From NCBI RefSeq assembly GCF_009914755.1, contig NC_060940.1: DNA of 64,000 bases. One strand, 5' to 3'. The notes beneath the pieces are model-generated. The model made no database searches, had not been told where the DNA came from, and worked only from the letters and a program-made list of their open reading frames with translations. The DNA is from the human T2T-CHM13v2.0 reference genome, Homo sapiens. Below, in pieces: positions 15,640 through 29,771 of this stretch; position 1 is the stretch's first letter; each line of letters begins with the position of its first letter. Both the position numbers and the translations under genes were made by a program.

Positions 15640-17015
15640 AATTTACTTTGACATATAATAAATGTACATGTTATGGGGTACAGAGTGATATTTTGATATA
15701 TTTATGCAATGCATAAAGATCAAGTCACAGTCATTATCATATCCATTACCTAAATCATGTATTATTTCTTTGCAGTGAGAATATTCAAAATCTTTTATTT
15801 TAGTTATTTGAAAACACACAATAAATTCCCGCTAACTACAGTCACCCAACAGTGCTGTAGAGAACTAGAACTTCTTCCTTCTCTCCACCTGTAATTTTGT
15901 ATGTATTAACCACATTTTTCTTATACTCTTCTTTCTCCTACTCTTTCCAGGATATGGTAACCAAAACTCTACTATCTACTTCTACGAGATTAAAAATTTT
16001 AGCTTCCATACATAAGTGAGAACACGTAGTTATGTGGTGTTTATGTTTCTATGCCAGGCTTATTTCACCTAACATAATGCCCTCCACTTGCATTCTTGTT
16101 GCCACAAATAACAGGATTTTGTTCTTTATTACGACTAAATAATATTCCATTATATATGTATGTCACATTTCTTTATCCATTCATCTGTTGATGGACACTT
16201 TTGTTGATTCCATATCTTGGCTATTGTGAATAGTGTTGTAATAAACATGCAGGTGCAGGTAACTCTTTGATATACTGATTTTCTTTCCTTTGGATATATA
16301 CTGAAAACCATATGATCAAATTAATAAACACAATAAAAGCATTTGGCAAAATTAAATATTCTTACATGACAAAAAACCTCTTAACAATTTAGTGTAGAAA
16401 ATATATGCCTTAACACAGAAGGACATAAAGGACAAATCTACAGCTAAGATCATACTGAGTGTGGAAAAGGTGAAAGATTTTACTGTGAACAAGAAAAAGA
16501 TTTTACTGTAACAAGAAAAGGATGCCTATTTTCACCAATCATATTTCACATAGTGAAAGTCTTAGCCAGGACAATTAGGTGAGAGAAAGAAATACAGGAT
16601 ATCTGAATTGGAAAGGAGACAGTCAAATTGTCCTTGTTTAAAGACAATGTGATCTTATACACGGAAAAAAATAAGATGCTACCAAAAGCTTCTTAGGGTG
16701 ATACATGAAATTAATAAAGTTGCAGGATATAAATCAACATACAAAAATCAGTAGCATTTCTATATATTGATAGTAAACTAGCTGAAACAAGAAATTAAGA
16801 AAGCAATTCCTTTTACAATAGCTGCAAAAATGTACTTAGAAATAAATTTAACCAAGGAAGTAAAAGATTTCTACAACAAAAATGACAAATATTAATGAAA
16901 GAAATTAAAGAAAACACAAAAAAGGAAAGACATCCACGTTTATAGATTGAAATAACTAATATTCTTAAAATGACCCACTATCCTATGTGATTTACAAATT
17001 TAGTACAATCACTAG
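15640..17015. mobile_element. Old L1: minus-strand 3' end (15640-16300) joined to plus-strand ORF2 RT segment (16300-17015)
   Basis: TCTTTATCCATTCATCTGTTGATGGACACTT (antisense 3' region); then AAAGCATTTGGCAAAATT and GCAGGATATAAATCAACATACAAAAATCAGTAGC (sense RT). Confidence 0.75.
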
Positions 17016-17717
17016 CTTGTATTTTTAAAAGCACCTTTGCTGCATATTCCTAAGATATTCAATGACAATGCCTGGATTTAAGTTTGAGGTATTATTATAT
17101 CTATTTTATATTGGGCACAATATAATGTTATCAGAGATAACGGTTTTGATTGGTCCTAGGTCATACAGTAATATATACATTGTGATTTATAGACGTTATC
17201 TTTTAATACTCAGGCATTTAGAAAGTTCATTTAGACAAAGTTATAAAAACTTGCCCTCCTTTCTGCCTATATCACCTAAAAATCCTAAGAGGTAATAACA
17301 TTTTTTATTTGATATACAATTTATCAACACAATAAAAATCTAACAATTATCATGTGCAGAGTGTGAAAATCTCATCAGATTAAGAAACGCAAAGACATCT
17401 TTTTCATATTTTGAATGTAAAACTCTTTTGGAAACTTATTTTTAGAAACAGTTAAAAACATTTTTTCATTAGTTTTTCATGTAAAATTGTGACAACCAGC
17501 ATGAAATAACTGTCATCACAGAAGCATGGTATATTTGATTCCAAAACGTATTCTTTGTAAGTTTTAATATATTTATGTATTATTTATACTTAGATTGTAA
17601 CCCATAATGTAGATATTATTTTTCCTTCAACTCTTAAGAATATTCTTAAATAATAAAATTAAAATGAATTATAATTTTTGTTGGTTGGGAAAAAGAATAG
17701 ACACACACGTGACAGTG

Positions 17718-20700
17718 CATCACTTCACCTCATCATTTCATCTCATTTCATCATTTCATCTCATCATTTCATCTCATTTTATCTCATCTCATATCATCTC
17801 ATCATTTCATCAAATCTCAACTCATTTCCATTTCATTTTCATTATTTCATTTCACTATTTCATTTAATTTCATCTAATTTCATTTATTTCATTATGTCAC
17901 TTCATATCATCTCATTTCATCTCATCATTTTTCATATCATTTTTCATCTCATCATTTCATCTCAATTCATTTCATCTCATCATTTCATCTCATCTCATCA
18001 TTTCCTCCTTTCAACATTTCATCTCATCATTTCTTCTCATCTCATTTCAATTTCATTTCATTATTTCATTTCATCTCATTTCATTATTTCACCTAGTCTC
18101 ATTATTTCATCTCATCTCATCTCAATTCATCTCATCTCATTTCATCTCATCATTTCATCTCATCATTTTTCATCTCATTTAATCTCATTTCATTTCATTT
18201 TGTCTCATCATTTCAGCTCATCATTTCATCTCACCGCATCTCTTCATTTCATCATTTCATTTCAACATTTCATCATTTCATCTCATCTCATCTTTCAATT
18301 TCATTTCAATATCATTTCATCATTTCATCTCATTTCAATTCATCTCATCATTTCATCTCATCATTTTTATCTCATCATTTCATCTCATCATATCTCATTT
18401 CATCATTTCATCTCATTTCTTCTCATCATTTCATCTCATCAGTTTAACTCATTTCGTCTCATCTCAATTTCATTATTTCATTTCATTTCACTTTATTTCA
18501 TTTCATCTCATCTCATCATTTCATCTCATCTTACCTCATTTCATCTCATTTCTTCTCATCTCATCATTTCATCATTTCATCTCATTTCATCTCATTTCAT
18601 CTCATCTCACCTCATCTCATTTCATCATTTCATCTCATCCTTTCATTTCATCTCATCATTTCATCTCCTTTCATCTCATCTCACCTCAGCATTTCATCAT
18701 TTCATCTCATCATTTCTTATTTCATCTCATTTTATCTCATCATTTCATCTCATCTCATCTCAATTCAATTTCCTTCATTATTTCATTTCATCTCATTCAT
18801 TTCATCTCATTTCATTACATCTCATCATTACATCTCATCTCATCTCATCATTTCATCATTTCATCTCATCATTGCATCTCATCATTCATCTCATTTCATC
18901 TCATCTCATCATTTCCATTTCATTTCCATTTCATTATTTCATTTCATCATTTAATTTCATCATCTCATTTAATTTCACCTCATTTCATTATTTCATTTCA
19001 TTATGTCATTTCATTTCATCTCATTACATTTCATCTAATTTCATTTCATCTAATTTCATCTCATCATCTCATTTCATCTCATCTTTTCATCTCATCATTT
19101 CATCTCATCATCTCATCAACTCATTTCATCTTATCATTTCATCATTTCATCTCATCATTTCATCTGATCTCGTATCTTCTCATCTCATTTCAATTTCATT
19201 TCATTATTTCATTTCATTATTTCATGTCATGTCATCTCATCATTTCATCTCATCACATCTCATCATTTCATCATTTTATTTCATTTCATCTTATTTCATC
19301 TCATCTCAATTTTATTTCAATTTCATTTTATTTCATTATTTCATATCATTTCATCTCATTATTTCATTATTTCATTTCATTTCATCTCATCAGTTCATCT
19401 CATCATTTCATCTCATCATCTCCTCTTATCTATTTCATCTCATCATTCATCTCATCATTTCATATCATCATTTTATCTCACCATTTCATTTCATCTCATC
19501 TCATCATTTCATCTCATTTCATCATTACATCTTATTTCATCTCATTTTATGTCATTTCATGTCATCATTTCATCACATCTCGTCTCATCTCATCTTTTCA
19601 TCTCATCATTTCATCTCATCATTTCAACTCATTGCATCTCATCTCATCATTTCCATTTCATCATTTCATTTATTTCATTTCATTATGTCATTTCATCTCA
19701 TCACATTTCATCTCACCTCATTTCATCTCATCTCATCATTTCATCTCATCATTTCATCTCATTTCATCTCATTATTTCATCTGATTTCATGTCATCATAT
19801 CATGTCATCATTTCATCTCATTTCATCACATCTCATCTCATCATTTCATCTCATCATTTAATCTCATTTCATCTCATCATTTCATCTCATCTCATCATTT
19901 CATCATTTCATCTCATCATTTCTTATTTCATCTCATTTTATCTCATCATTTCATCTCATCTCATCTCAATTCAATTTCCTTTCATTATTTCATTTCATCT
20001 CATTCATTTCATCTCATTTCATTACATCTCATCATTACATCTCATCTCATCTCATCATTTCATCTCATCATTGCATCTCATCATTCATCTCATCATTTCA
20101 TCTCATCTCATCATTTCCATTTCATTTCCATTTCATCATTTAATTTCATCATCTCATTTAATTTCACCTCATTTCATTATTTCATTTCATTTTTTCATTT
20201 CATTATGTCATTTCATTTCATCTCATTACATTTCATCTAATTTCATCTCATCATTTCATTTCATCTCATCATTTCATCTCATCTTTTCATCTCATCATTT
20301 CATCTCATCATCTCATCAACTCATTTCATCTCATCATTTCATCTCATCTCGTATCTTCTCATCTCAATTTCATTTCATTATTTCATTTCATTATTTCATG
20401 TCATGTCATCTCATCATTTCATCTCATCACATCTCATCATTTCATCATTTTATTTCATCATTTCATCTTATCATTTCATCTCATCTCATTCCAATTTTAT
20501 TTCAATTTCATTTTATTTCATTATTTCATATCATTCATCTCATTATTTCATTATTTCATTTCATCTCATCAGTTCATCTCATCATTTCATCTCATCATTT
20601 CATCTCATCATCTCCTCTTATCATTTCATCTCATCATTCATCTCATCATTTCATATCATTTCATATCATCACTTTATCTCACCATTTCATTTCATCTCAT

Positions 20701-21590
20701 CTCATCATTTCATCTCATTTCATTCATTACATCTTATTTCACCTCATTTTATGTCATTTCATGTCATCATTTCATCACATCTCGTCTCATCTCATCTTTT
20801 CATCTCACCATTTCATCTCATCATTTCAACTCATTGCATCTCATCTCATCATTTCCATTTCATTATTCCATTTCATCATTTCATTTATTTCATTTCATTA
20901 TGTCATTTCATCTCATCACATTTCATCTCATCTCATCTCATCATTTCATCTCATCATTTCATCTCATTATTTCATCTGATTTCATGTCATCATTTCATCT
21001 CATTTCATCACATCTCATCTCATCATTTAATCTCATTTCATCTCATCATTTCATCTCATCTCATCATTTCATCATTTCATCTCATCATTTCTTCTCATCT
21101 CATCATTGCCATTTCATTATTTCATCATTACATTTCATAATTTCCTTTCATTATTTGATTTCATCTCATTTCATTATTTCATCTCATTTTTCATCTCATT
21201 TCATCATTTCGTCTTATCATCTCATCTTATTTCATTGTTTCATCTTATCGTTCATCTCATTTCATCTCATCATTTTATCTCATATCATCTCATCTCATCT
21301 CAATTTCATTATTTCATATCATTTCATTTCATTATTTCATTTCATCTCATCATTTCTTCTCATCATTTCATCTCGTTTCATCTCATCATTTCATCCATCA
21401 TCTCATTTCATCTCATCTCATCTCCTTTCAATTTCTTTTCAATTTTGTCATTTTATCTCATCATTTCATCTCATCATTTCTACTCACCATTTCATCTCAA
21501 AATTTCATCATTTCATCTCATCTCAAGTAATCTTATCATTTCATCTAAGTGAAATGATGTAATGGAATCATGAAATGAAATGGATAGGAT
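17718..21590 (+). repeat. Diverged pentamer satellite (CATTT/CATCT/CAT)n, HSat2/3-related
   Basis: ~3.9 kb of CATTT, CATCT and CAT units, almost no G on the plus strand. Confidence 0.9.
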
Positions 21591-21972
21591 GCCCTCAGTG
21601 ATGTTAAATTTAAAAATTGTTTGTTTTCATGTATTCATTTTTATATTTATATGTATTTATATTTATATTTACTTATATTTCTTTTTACTTATTTTTATTT
21701 ATATTTTTACTTATTCATTGGTAGACAAGGTCCTGTTCTGTGGCCTAGGCTGGAATGCAGTGGTGCATTCACAGTTCACTGCAGCCTCAAGCAAACCTCC
21801 CACCTTAGCCTCGCAGGTAGCTGGGACCCCAGGTGCGCACCACCACACCTGGTTAATATTTTATTATTTGTAGAGATGGAGTCTTGCTATGCTGCCCAGG
21901 CTGGTCTCAAACTCCTGGGCTCAAGCAATCCTCCTGCCTTCGCAACCCAAAATGCTGGGATTACAGATATGA

Positions 21973-22170
<198 letters not shown>

Positions 22171-22561
22171 TAAGTAATATGAATATTCTGTACAGGAAAT
22201 ATGCCCTTAATTACATAGGAATAAACATTTGTTACACTGAGAAAAATCTAATAGAGCTAAAAATAAAAATTAATTTGGAGAGGTCATTAGATACTCATAC
22301 ATTCTTACGTTTATATATTCTTTCATATATTCATATAGTCTTTTAACAGTATCAATGGTTTGGAGTTATGTGTACAAAACCATGACCTACATGTAATACA
22401 ACTAATAACAAGCACTTACAATTCAAGGCATATTATATACAAAGCTTTAACTTCTCATCTTCAGATTTTGTTTTTTTTCTTTCTGTTTTGGCAGATACTA
22501 TGAACACAACATTCAACTCACAGACACTATGGAGCCCTTACTAAGCATAAAGTACTGTGAA

Positions 22562-25500
22562 AGGCCAGGGCTAGGACAGAACTGAGACAGGGCCAGGGAT
22601 AGGACAGAACCAGGGCAGGGTCATGGCCAGAGAAAAACCAGGGGCAGGGTCACAGCCAGGGACATAAGAGGACCAAGGCCAGGGCCAGAAGTAGGGCAGA
22701 ACCAGGGCCAGGGCAGGGACATGGCAGGGCCAGGGCCATGGCAGGATCAGGGCCAGCAGAAGGCCAGGGCAGGGCTAGGGTAGCACAGGGCCAAGGCAGG
22801 GCAGGGTCAGTGTAGAGCAAGGAACGGGCCAGGGTATGGCAGGGCAGGGACAGGGAGGTCCAGGGCCAGAGTCAGGTCCAGGACATGGACAGGGCAGGGC
22901 CAGAAACATGGCAGGACCAGAAAGGGGAAAGGGCAAGGGCAAGGCCAGAGAAGGACCACAGTAAAAACATGGCCAGGGAGGGTCCAGGGCAAGGGCAAGG
23001 CCAGGGCAGAACCAGAGCCAGGGCAGGCCAAAGGCAGGGCCAGGTCAGGGCAAGGCCAGGGTAGGGCAGGGCCAGTGTAGGGTGAGGGTAGGGCCAGGGC
23101 AAGTTCAGGGCCAGGGCAGGACTAAGATAGCACAGGGCCAAGGCCAAGGCCCTGTACTAAGATAGCACAGGGCCAGGGCAGGGCCAAAGGAGGGGCCAGG
23201 GCCAAGCATGGCCAGTGTGGGGCCTGGGGATTGTCAGGGCCAGGGCCAGGGTCAAGGCTGAGCCAGGAACAGGGCCAGAGCAAGGGCAGGGCCAGGGAGA
23301 AGGCAGAACCAGAGAGCATCCAGAGAAAGGGCAGGGCCAGGGCAGAACCAGGACCAGGATAAGGCAAAGCCAAGGCCAGGGCAGGGCAAGGCCAGGGCAG
23401 GGCAAGACCAGGGAAGGGCAAGGCCAGGGTAGAAATGGCCAGTGTACGGCCAGGCCAGGGTAGGAAAAGGCCACGGTAGGGCCAAGGCCAAGGCGGGGCA
23501 CGGCTAGGGTAGCACAGGTCATGGCCAAAAACAGGGCAGGGCCATAGCAGTGGCAGGACTAGCAACAGGGCCAGGGTAAGCGCTGGACCAGAGCATGGTG
23601 GGGACAATACAGGGCCAGGACAGATGATGGCAAGGCAGGTCCAGGGTCATTTCATGGACTCGGTAGGCCTGGGGTCAGGCCAGGGCAGGGAAAGAGCAAG
23701 GCCAGGGAGAAGGCAGAGGCAGGGCCAGGGCCAAGGCACTGCCAGGGCAGGGCAGGACCAGTGCAGGGTGAGGGAAAGGCCAGGGCATGGAAGGGCAGGG
23801 CAGGACCAAGGAAGGGCCAGGAGAATGCCACGGCAGGGTCAAGGCCAGAACAAGGGTACGGGTGGGGTCAGAAATATGGTAGGGCAAGGGCTGGGCCCAG
23901 GCTGGGACATGCAGGGCAGAGCATGGCCTGTGCAAGGCAGGGCCAGAGCCAGGCCATAGAGATGGGAGGGCAACACCAAGGCAGAGTCAGGGTAGATCCA
24001 GGGCTGAGCAGAGTCAGGGCAGGTCCAGAGTCGAGGCAGAGCTAGGGCCCAAGCAGGGCCATGGCAGCACCAGGGCAGAAAAGGGCAGGGCAATGCAGGA
24101 CTGGGCCATGGCAGTGCCTGGTCAACTCTGGGGCAGGGCCAGAAGCAGGACAGGGCCAGGGCCAATGCTCAGACCAGGGACAGGGCATGACAGGAAGTGC
24201 CAGAGCAGGGCTGGGCCAACGTTGGGACAGGGCAAATCAGACCAGGACACCTCCAAGTCCAGCTCTGGCCCTGCCTTGGCCCTGGCCCCTTCCTGACCTG
24301 ACCTTGTCCCTGGCCCTGCCCTATCCACGCCCGGTGTGTTTGACCAGTGTTTTATAACCAGAATCCTACAAGAAACTTAAATCAGCTCTTTTTGTGCATT
24401 TTTAGTAGAGATGGGGTTTCACAATGTTGCCCAGGCTGGTTCCAAACTCCTGAGCTCAAGCCATTTGCCTGCCTTGGCCTCCCAAAGTGCTGGGATTACA
24501 GGAGTAATCTGGCCAAGTATTTAACTTCTTTATGCCTGTTTCCTACATTTGGAAAATGGGGATGCTTTAAGTACCTAGCACATAGAATTATTGTGAGAAT
24601 CAATGCCTCACATATTTACATATTGATAAAATTGTACTCATAGAACACTACTGGAAGCAAAGATAGTATTAGTTAAAATTTAGTGATTATTTACTGCAAA
24701 TATTATTACTATTACAAACAACATAGTATGGACATTATTACCACTACCATAGTTATCTTAAAAATCTAAAATAAAAATTTTATGTAATAGCCTAATATAA
24801 TCTCTCCTGCTCTGCTCCGGCTCAGCCCTAGTGCCGGCTCTGCCCCTAGTCCTACCACATCACTGGCCCTGACCCTTCCCTGGTCCTGCCGCTGCCCCAG
24901 CCCTTCCCATCTTCAGGCCTTACCATGGCCCTACCCTGGTCCTGACCCTGGCCCTACCCCAGAGAAGGGGTATGGCAGAGCCAGGGAAGGGCCGGGGCAA
25001 ATAAGGGACAGGACACATCCAAATCCAGGAAAGGGCCGGGGCCATGACAGAGCCAGGGCGAGTCCTTGGCAGGGCCAAGTTCCAGGCCAGGGCCAGGAAA
25101 GGGTCATGGCAGGGTCACTGTACGGCCAAGGTCCAGGCCAAAGCCAAGGCAGGGGCACGGTCAGGCCTGCATAAGGGCAGGACCAGAGCCAGTGATACGG
25201 CAGGGCCAGGGCTGTGCCAGGACAGAACAAGAGCAGAGCAGGGCAGGACCAGAGCCAGGCCATAGAGAGAGTAGGGCAAATGCCAAGCCAAGGCCAGGGT
25301 AGTGCCAGGGCTGAGGCAAGGTCAGGGAAGGTCCAGGGCTGAGTCAAGGCTGGAACCAAGACAGGGGCAAAGGCCGGGGCAGATCTAGGGCACAAGCAGG
25401 GCAGGCTAGGGCAGGCCAATGGCAAGACCAGGCCATGGCAGGGCCAGCCCAGGATAGAACAGGGCACAGGCAGGGCGGGGCCGGGGCCACGGCTGGGGCA

Positions 25501-28495
25501 GGACAAGGACCAGTACCGGGGTCCAGGCCAGGGCAAAGGTATGGCCAGGGCAGAGGTAGGACCAGAACCAGGGTCTGGGTAGGACCAAGGAGGGTCCATT
25601 GCAGGGCCAGGGTTCAGACCAGGGCCAGAACAGGGCTGGGACAGGGCCGGGGCCAGGACCAGGAAAGGGCAATGTCAGGATAAGAGCCATGGCAGGACCA
25701 GCAATGGGGCTAGGGCCAGGAGAGGGACAGGGACAGGGTCAAGGCTAGGGCCAGAATAGCATGCCAGGGTAGAGCCGGCCAAATTAGGGCCAGGACAGGG
25801 TCAGGACCAGGGCTGGGACAGGTTATGGCCTTAAGTAGCAAAGGGCCAGGGCCAGGGTCCATGCCAGTGACAGCGCTGGTCCAGGGCAGAGGCAGGGCCA
25901 TGGCCAGGTCAAGGACAAGGCTGGGGCAGGGCCAAGGTCTGGGTCAGGGTCAGCACAAGACCAGGACAGAGCCAGGAGAGGGACAGGGCCATGGTAGGGC
26001 CAGGTTAAATCAGGGACAAGACACCTGCAAATCCAATTCAGGGCCAGGGTCAGGGCAGGGCCAGTTCAGGGCCAGGGCCAAGACAGGGCCAGGGCCAGGG
26101 CTGTCAGGGTCATTGGCAGGGCAAGGGCCATGGCAGGATCAGGGTCAGGAGCAGGGGTCAATGCCAGGCCAATGCCACAGATAGGACCAGGTATGTGCTA
26201 GGGCCAAGGCGGGGTCAGGGCAGGGCCAAAGGGAGGGCAGGGCCAGGGCAGGGTGGAGTAGGTCCAGGGTAGCACAGGGTTAAGGTAGGGCACGACCAAC
26301 CAGGGCAGGTCTATGGCTGGGGCCGGGGCAGGGCCAGGGCCGGGGCAGGGCCAGAGCCAGGGCAGGGCCAAGACAGTGGCAGCTCCAGGGCAGGGCCAGG
26401 GTTAGGACCACGGACATGTCCAAGGCCAGTGCCAGGGCAAAGACAAGGGCAGGGGCAGGGCCAGGGTCACCTAAGAACCAGGGACAAAGCCAGGCCCAGA
26501 GCAGGGCCAGGACAGGTACCTGGCAGGGCTAGGGTCTGGGGCAGGGCCATGGCAGGGCCAGGGCCACAGCCAGGTCTGTGCTATGGCCAGGTACAACACA
26601 GTGCCCAGGTAAGGCTAGGATGAAGGCCAAGGTAGGGCCAGGGCAGGGTCAAAGCCAGGCTAGGGCCAAGGCAGGACCAGGGCCGTCAAGGAAGGGCCAG
26701 GAAAGCATAGGGCCAAGGCAGGGCAGGGCCAGGCCAGTGCCAAGACCTGGGCAGGGCCAGGGAACAGCCAGGGGAGGGCCAGGGCCAGGGCCTGGGCAAG
26801 ACCAGGTTTGGGGCAGGAGCAAAACAAGGGCAAGGACAGTGCAGGATCTTGGCACAGCCAGGGTCCAGGATAGTGTCAGGGCAGGGCCAAGGCAGGGTCT
26901 GGGCCATGGTAAGACCAGCAACAGGGATGGGGCTAGGCCAGTGACAGGACCAGAGTCAGGGCAAGGGCCAGAGCAGTGCAAGGCCAGGGTAGGGCCAGGC
27001 ATTTCAGGGTCAGGGCCAGAGGAGAACCAGGGCAAGGTCTCAAGCAGGGAAAGGCCAGGGCCAGGACAGGTCCAGGGCAGGGCCATGACAGGGCCAGGGG
27101 CTGTGTTAGGGCAAGGGCAGGGCCAGAGCAAGGTAAGGGTCAGGGCCAAGGCCAGGGTAGGGACAGGGCAAGAAATATGGCAGGACCAGGGGCAATGCCA
27201 AGGCCAAGGCTGGGCCAGGGCTGAGTCAGGGCAGGGCAGGGCAGGGCATGGTATGGCCAGTAGAGGACAGGACAAGAGCCGGTCCACAGAGAGAGCAGGA
27301 CTGATGCCAAGAGAGAGCCAGGCTAGTGCCAAGGCTGAGGCAGTGTCAGAACATGTCCAGGGCAGGGCCGGGGCCAGGGCCAGAACTGAGCCAGGGCACA
27401 GCCAAGGCAGGGTAGGGCAGGGAAATAGCATGGCCGGGTCAGTACTGGGACAGGGCAGAGCAGGGCAAGGCAATGGTAGGGGCAGGGCAGGGACAGGCCA
27501 ATGCAGAGCCATGTTACGCCGGGGCCAGGACACCTCCAAGTCCACTTCAGGGCCAGGGCTATGGCAGGACAAAGACCAGGGCCAGGGTCAGGGCCAGGTC
27601 TGTGCTAGGGCCAGCTCCAGAGCAGGGCCTAGCGAAGACTAGGGTGAGGGCCAAGGTAAGGCCAGGGCAGGGTCAAAGGCAGAGTAGGGCCAGGGCAGGG
27701 TGAGGAAACATCCAGAGCACAGCAGGGCAGGGTGATGGCCAGAGCAGGGGTAGACCACTGCCAGCTCAGGGCCAGGGAAAGGCCAGTGCAGAGCCAGGAA
27801 AGGGTCAGGGCCAGGACAAGGCAGAGCAGGGCCAGGGCCATGACAGAGTCAGGGCAGGTCCTTGACAGGACCAGGTTCCAGGCCAGGGCCAGGGCAGCAG
27901 CAGGGGCAGGGCCTGGATAAGGGCAGGGCCAGGGATATGGCAGGACCAGGGCTAGGGCCAGGGCCAGGCCGTAGTGAGGGCAGGGCAAAAGTCAAGGCAG
28001 GGTCTGGGCAGGTCCAGGGAGTGGCCAGCACCAAGCGGGGCCGAGGTACAACCAGTGCAGTGTAAAGCAGGGCAATGGCACCACTGGGCCATGACAGGGC
28101 AAGGTCAGTGCCAGGAGAGGGCAGAAAAGGCAGGCCCATGGTAGGGCCAGGGCAGGGATGGGCCAAAGCAAGACCAGGACATGTCCAAGGCCAGGTCAGG
28201 GCCAGAACAGGAGTAGGACCATGACCACTGGCAGGGCCAGTGCCATGACATGACCAGGGTCAGGACAAGGGGTAGGGCCAGAGCCAGGGCCAGAGCCAAG
28301 GTCAGGCCAGTGCAGGTTCAGGGCAGGGCCAGTGCCAGTTCAGGGCAGGGCCAGTGCCAGGGCAAGACCAGGACAGGGACAGAGTAGCACAGGGCCAAGA
28401 CAGGGTCAGGATGGGACCAGAGCAGGACAGGGCCGAGACAGTCCAGGTAACAGTAGGGCGGGTACAGGGCAATGCAGGGCAAAGCCAGGCCCATT
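22562..28495 (+). repeat. CAGGG repeat array (pericentromeric duplication-associated), interrupted at 24.26-24.96 kb
   Basis: Degenerate CAGGG/CCAGGG/GGCAGGG units throughout with strong plus-strand purine/G skew. Confidence 0.9.
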
Positions 28496-28499
28496 GCCA

Positions 28500-29770
28500 A
28501 TGCACCAGCCTTCCCTACAAGGCTCCTACCACCTGGCCACTGCTGCAGCCCGTCCATCGCTGTAAGCCTGACCCCCAACCCTGGCTGCAGCCGCCTGCCC
28601 TCCTAGCGCGGCCGCTCTCCTACCGCTCTGGCGCACTGCAGTCTCTGTCGCTGCCACCCACCCGCAGTGAGGCAAGTCGTGGTGTCGCAGGCTCTAGGTG
28701 TCTCCTCCTCCTCCTGGCATGGAGCAGCTGGGTGGGCAAAGCCAGAAAAGCCTAGAGGAAGATGTGAGGGGTGGAAGGGTTAGAGCCTCAACTTGTCATG
28801 CTGGCCACTGGGTGGCAGGGGCCAGTTTCAGCAAAGGCACTCACACCCACCCTCCAAAGTCCAGCCTCTCCTTTTGGCCCAAGCTGGCCGGGAACTGGGG
28901 TCTGGGGTGGGTGCTGGAGACACCACAGCACCCAGCTCCCCACTCCACAGGAACCATTGGGCCCACCGGGGCTGCACTCCTCGGGGAGCAGGAGAAGCAG
29001 AAAAATTCAGACCCAGCCAGCCCTCCGCACCCAGGTGCCAATTCCTGTTCCAGACGCCTCCGCACCCAGGGCCCTGTCCCCCGTGGTGTCCCCAGGGGTG
29101 CCTGGCAGCCTCTGAGGCACAGACCCAGAGTGCACAGGCCCAGGAACCATGGTGGGTGTGGGGGTTCTGCCGTGCTCAGGATTCCCACGCAAACGCTGCG
29201 TGCCTGCCGCATTCCAGTATGACCAAGAGTGGGTCGCCCTCTGGAATGTGGAGTCAGGGAGAGGAGAACCACTCCTTCCTTGGATGCCAACTCTGCTGAC
29301 CACTGCCAGCAGTGCAGCCCCTGATAGCACCGAACTCGCCCCCGCTCCATGGATAGTCCTGCCCTCAATAGCGCCCCCCACCTCCATCCCCCAATGCCGC
29401 CAGTAGCATATACCTGATAGTGCCCTAACCTGTCCTCCTCCATGGGCACTGCAGCCCCAGAAAGTGCCCATAACCCACCCTCCCTGCCACGGGAAGTGCA
29501 GCCCTGTACAGTGCTACCAACCAGTGCCCCTAATGCAGGCAATGACACCCTGGATAGCACCCCCAACCCACCCCACACTGTGAAAGGTGCAGCCCTGGAT
29601 AGCCCCTGTCCTACCACTCTGGTCGTGCTGCAGTCTCTGTCACCGCCACCATCAACCACAGTGAGGCAAGCCAGTGGGCCACAGGCTCTAGCACTCAGCA
29701 GACAGACATGGAGCAGCTCTCGCCGATGACCAGCTCCACCACTCTGACCACACTGCTGTCTCCGTGGCCA
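28500..29770. repeat. REP522-like GC-rich repeat
   Basis: ~40-bp units GCAGCCCTGGATAGCACCCCCAACCCACCC at 29310-29610, and a ~110-bp block repeated at ~28620 and ~29611. Family name from recall. Confidence 0.5.
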
Positions 29771-29771
29771 T

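Noticed and set aside
17678-21562. Long His/Ile/Ser/Phe ORFs (727, 476, 245 aa)
   Set aside because: The G-poor satellite strand rarely forms stop codons; overlapping ORFs in several frames are a composition artefact.
22807-28755. Many Gly/Gln/Arg/Pro-rich ORFs on both strands
   Set aside because: Translations of the CAGGG repeat, with no preferred frame or gene structure.
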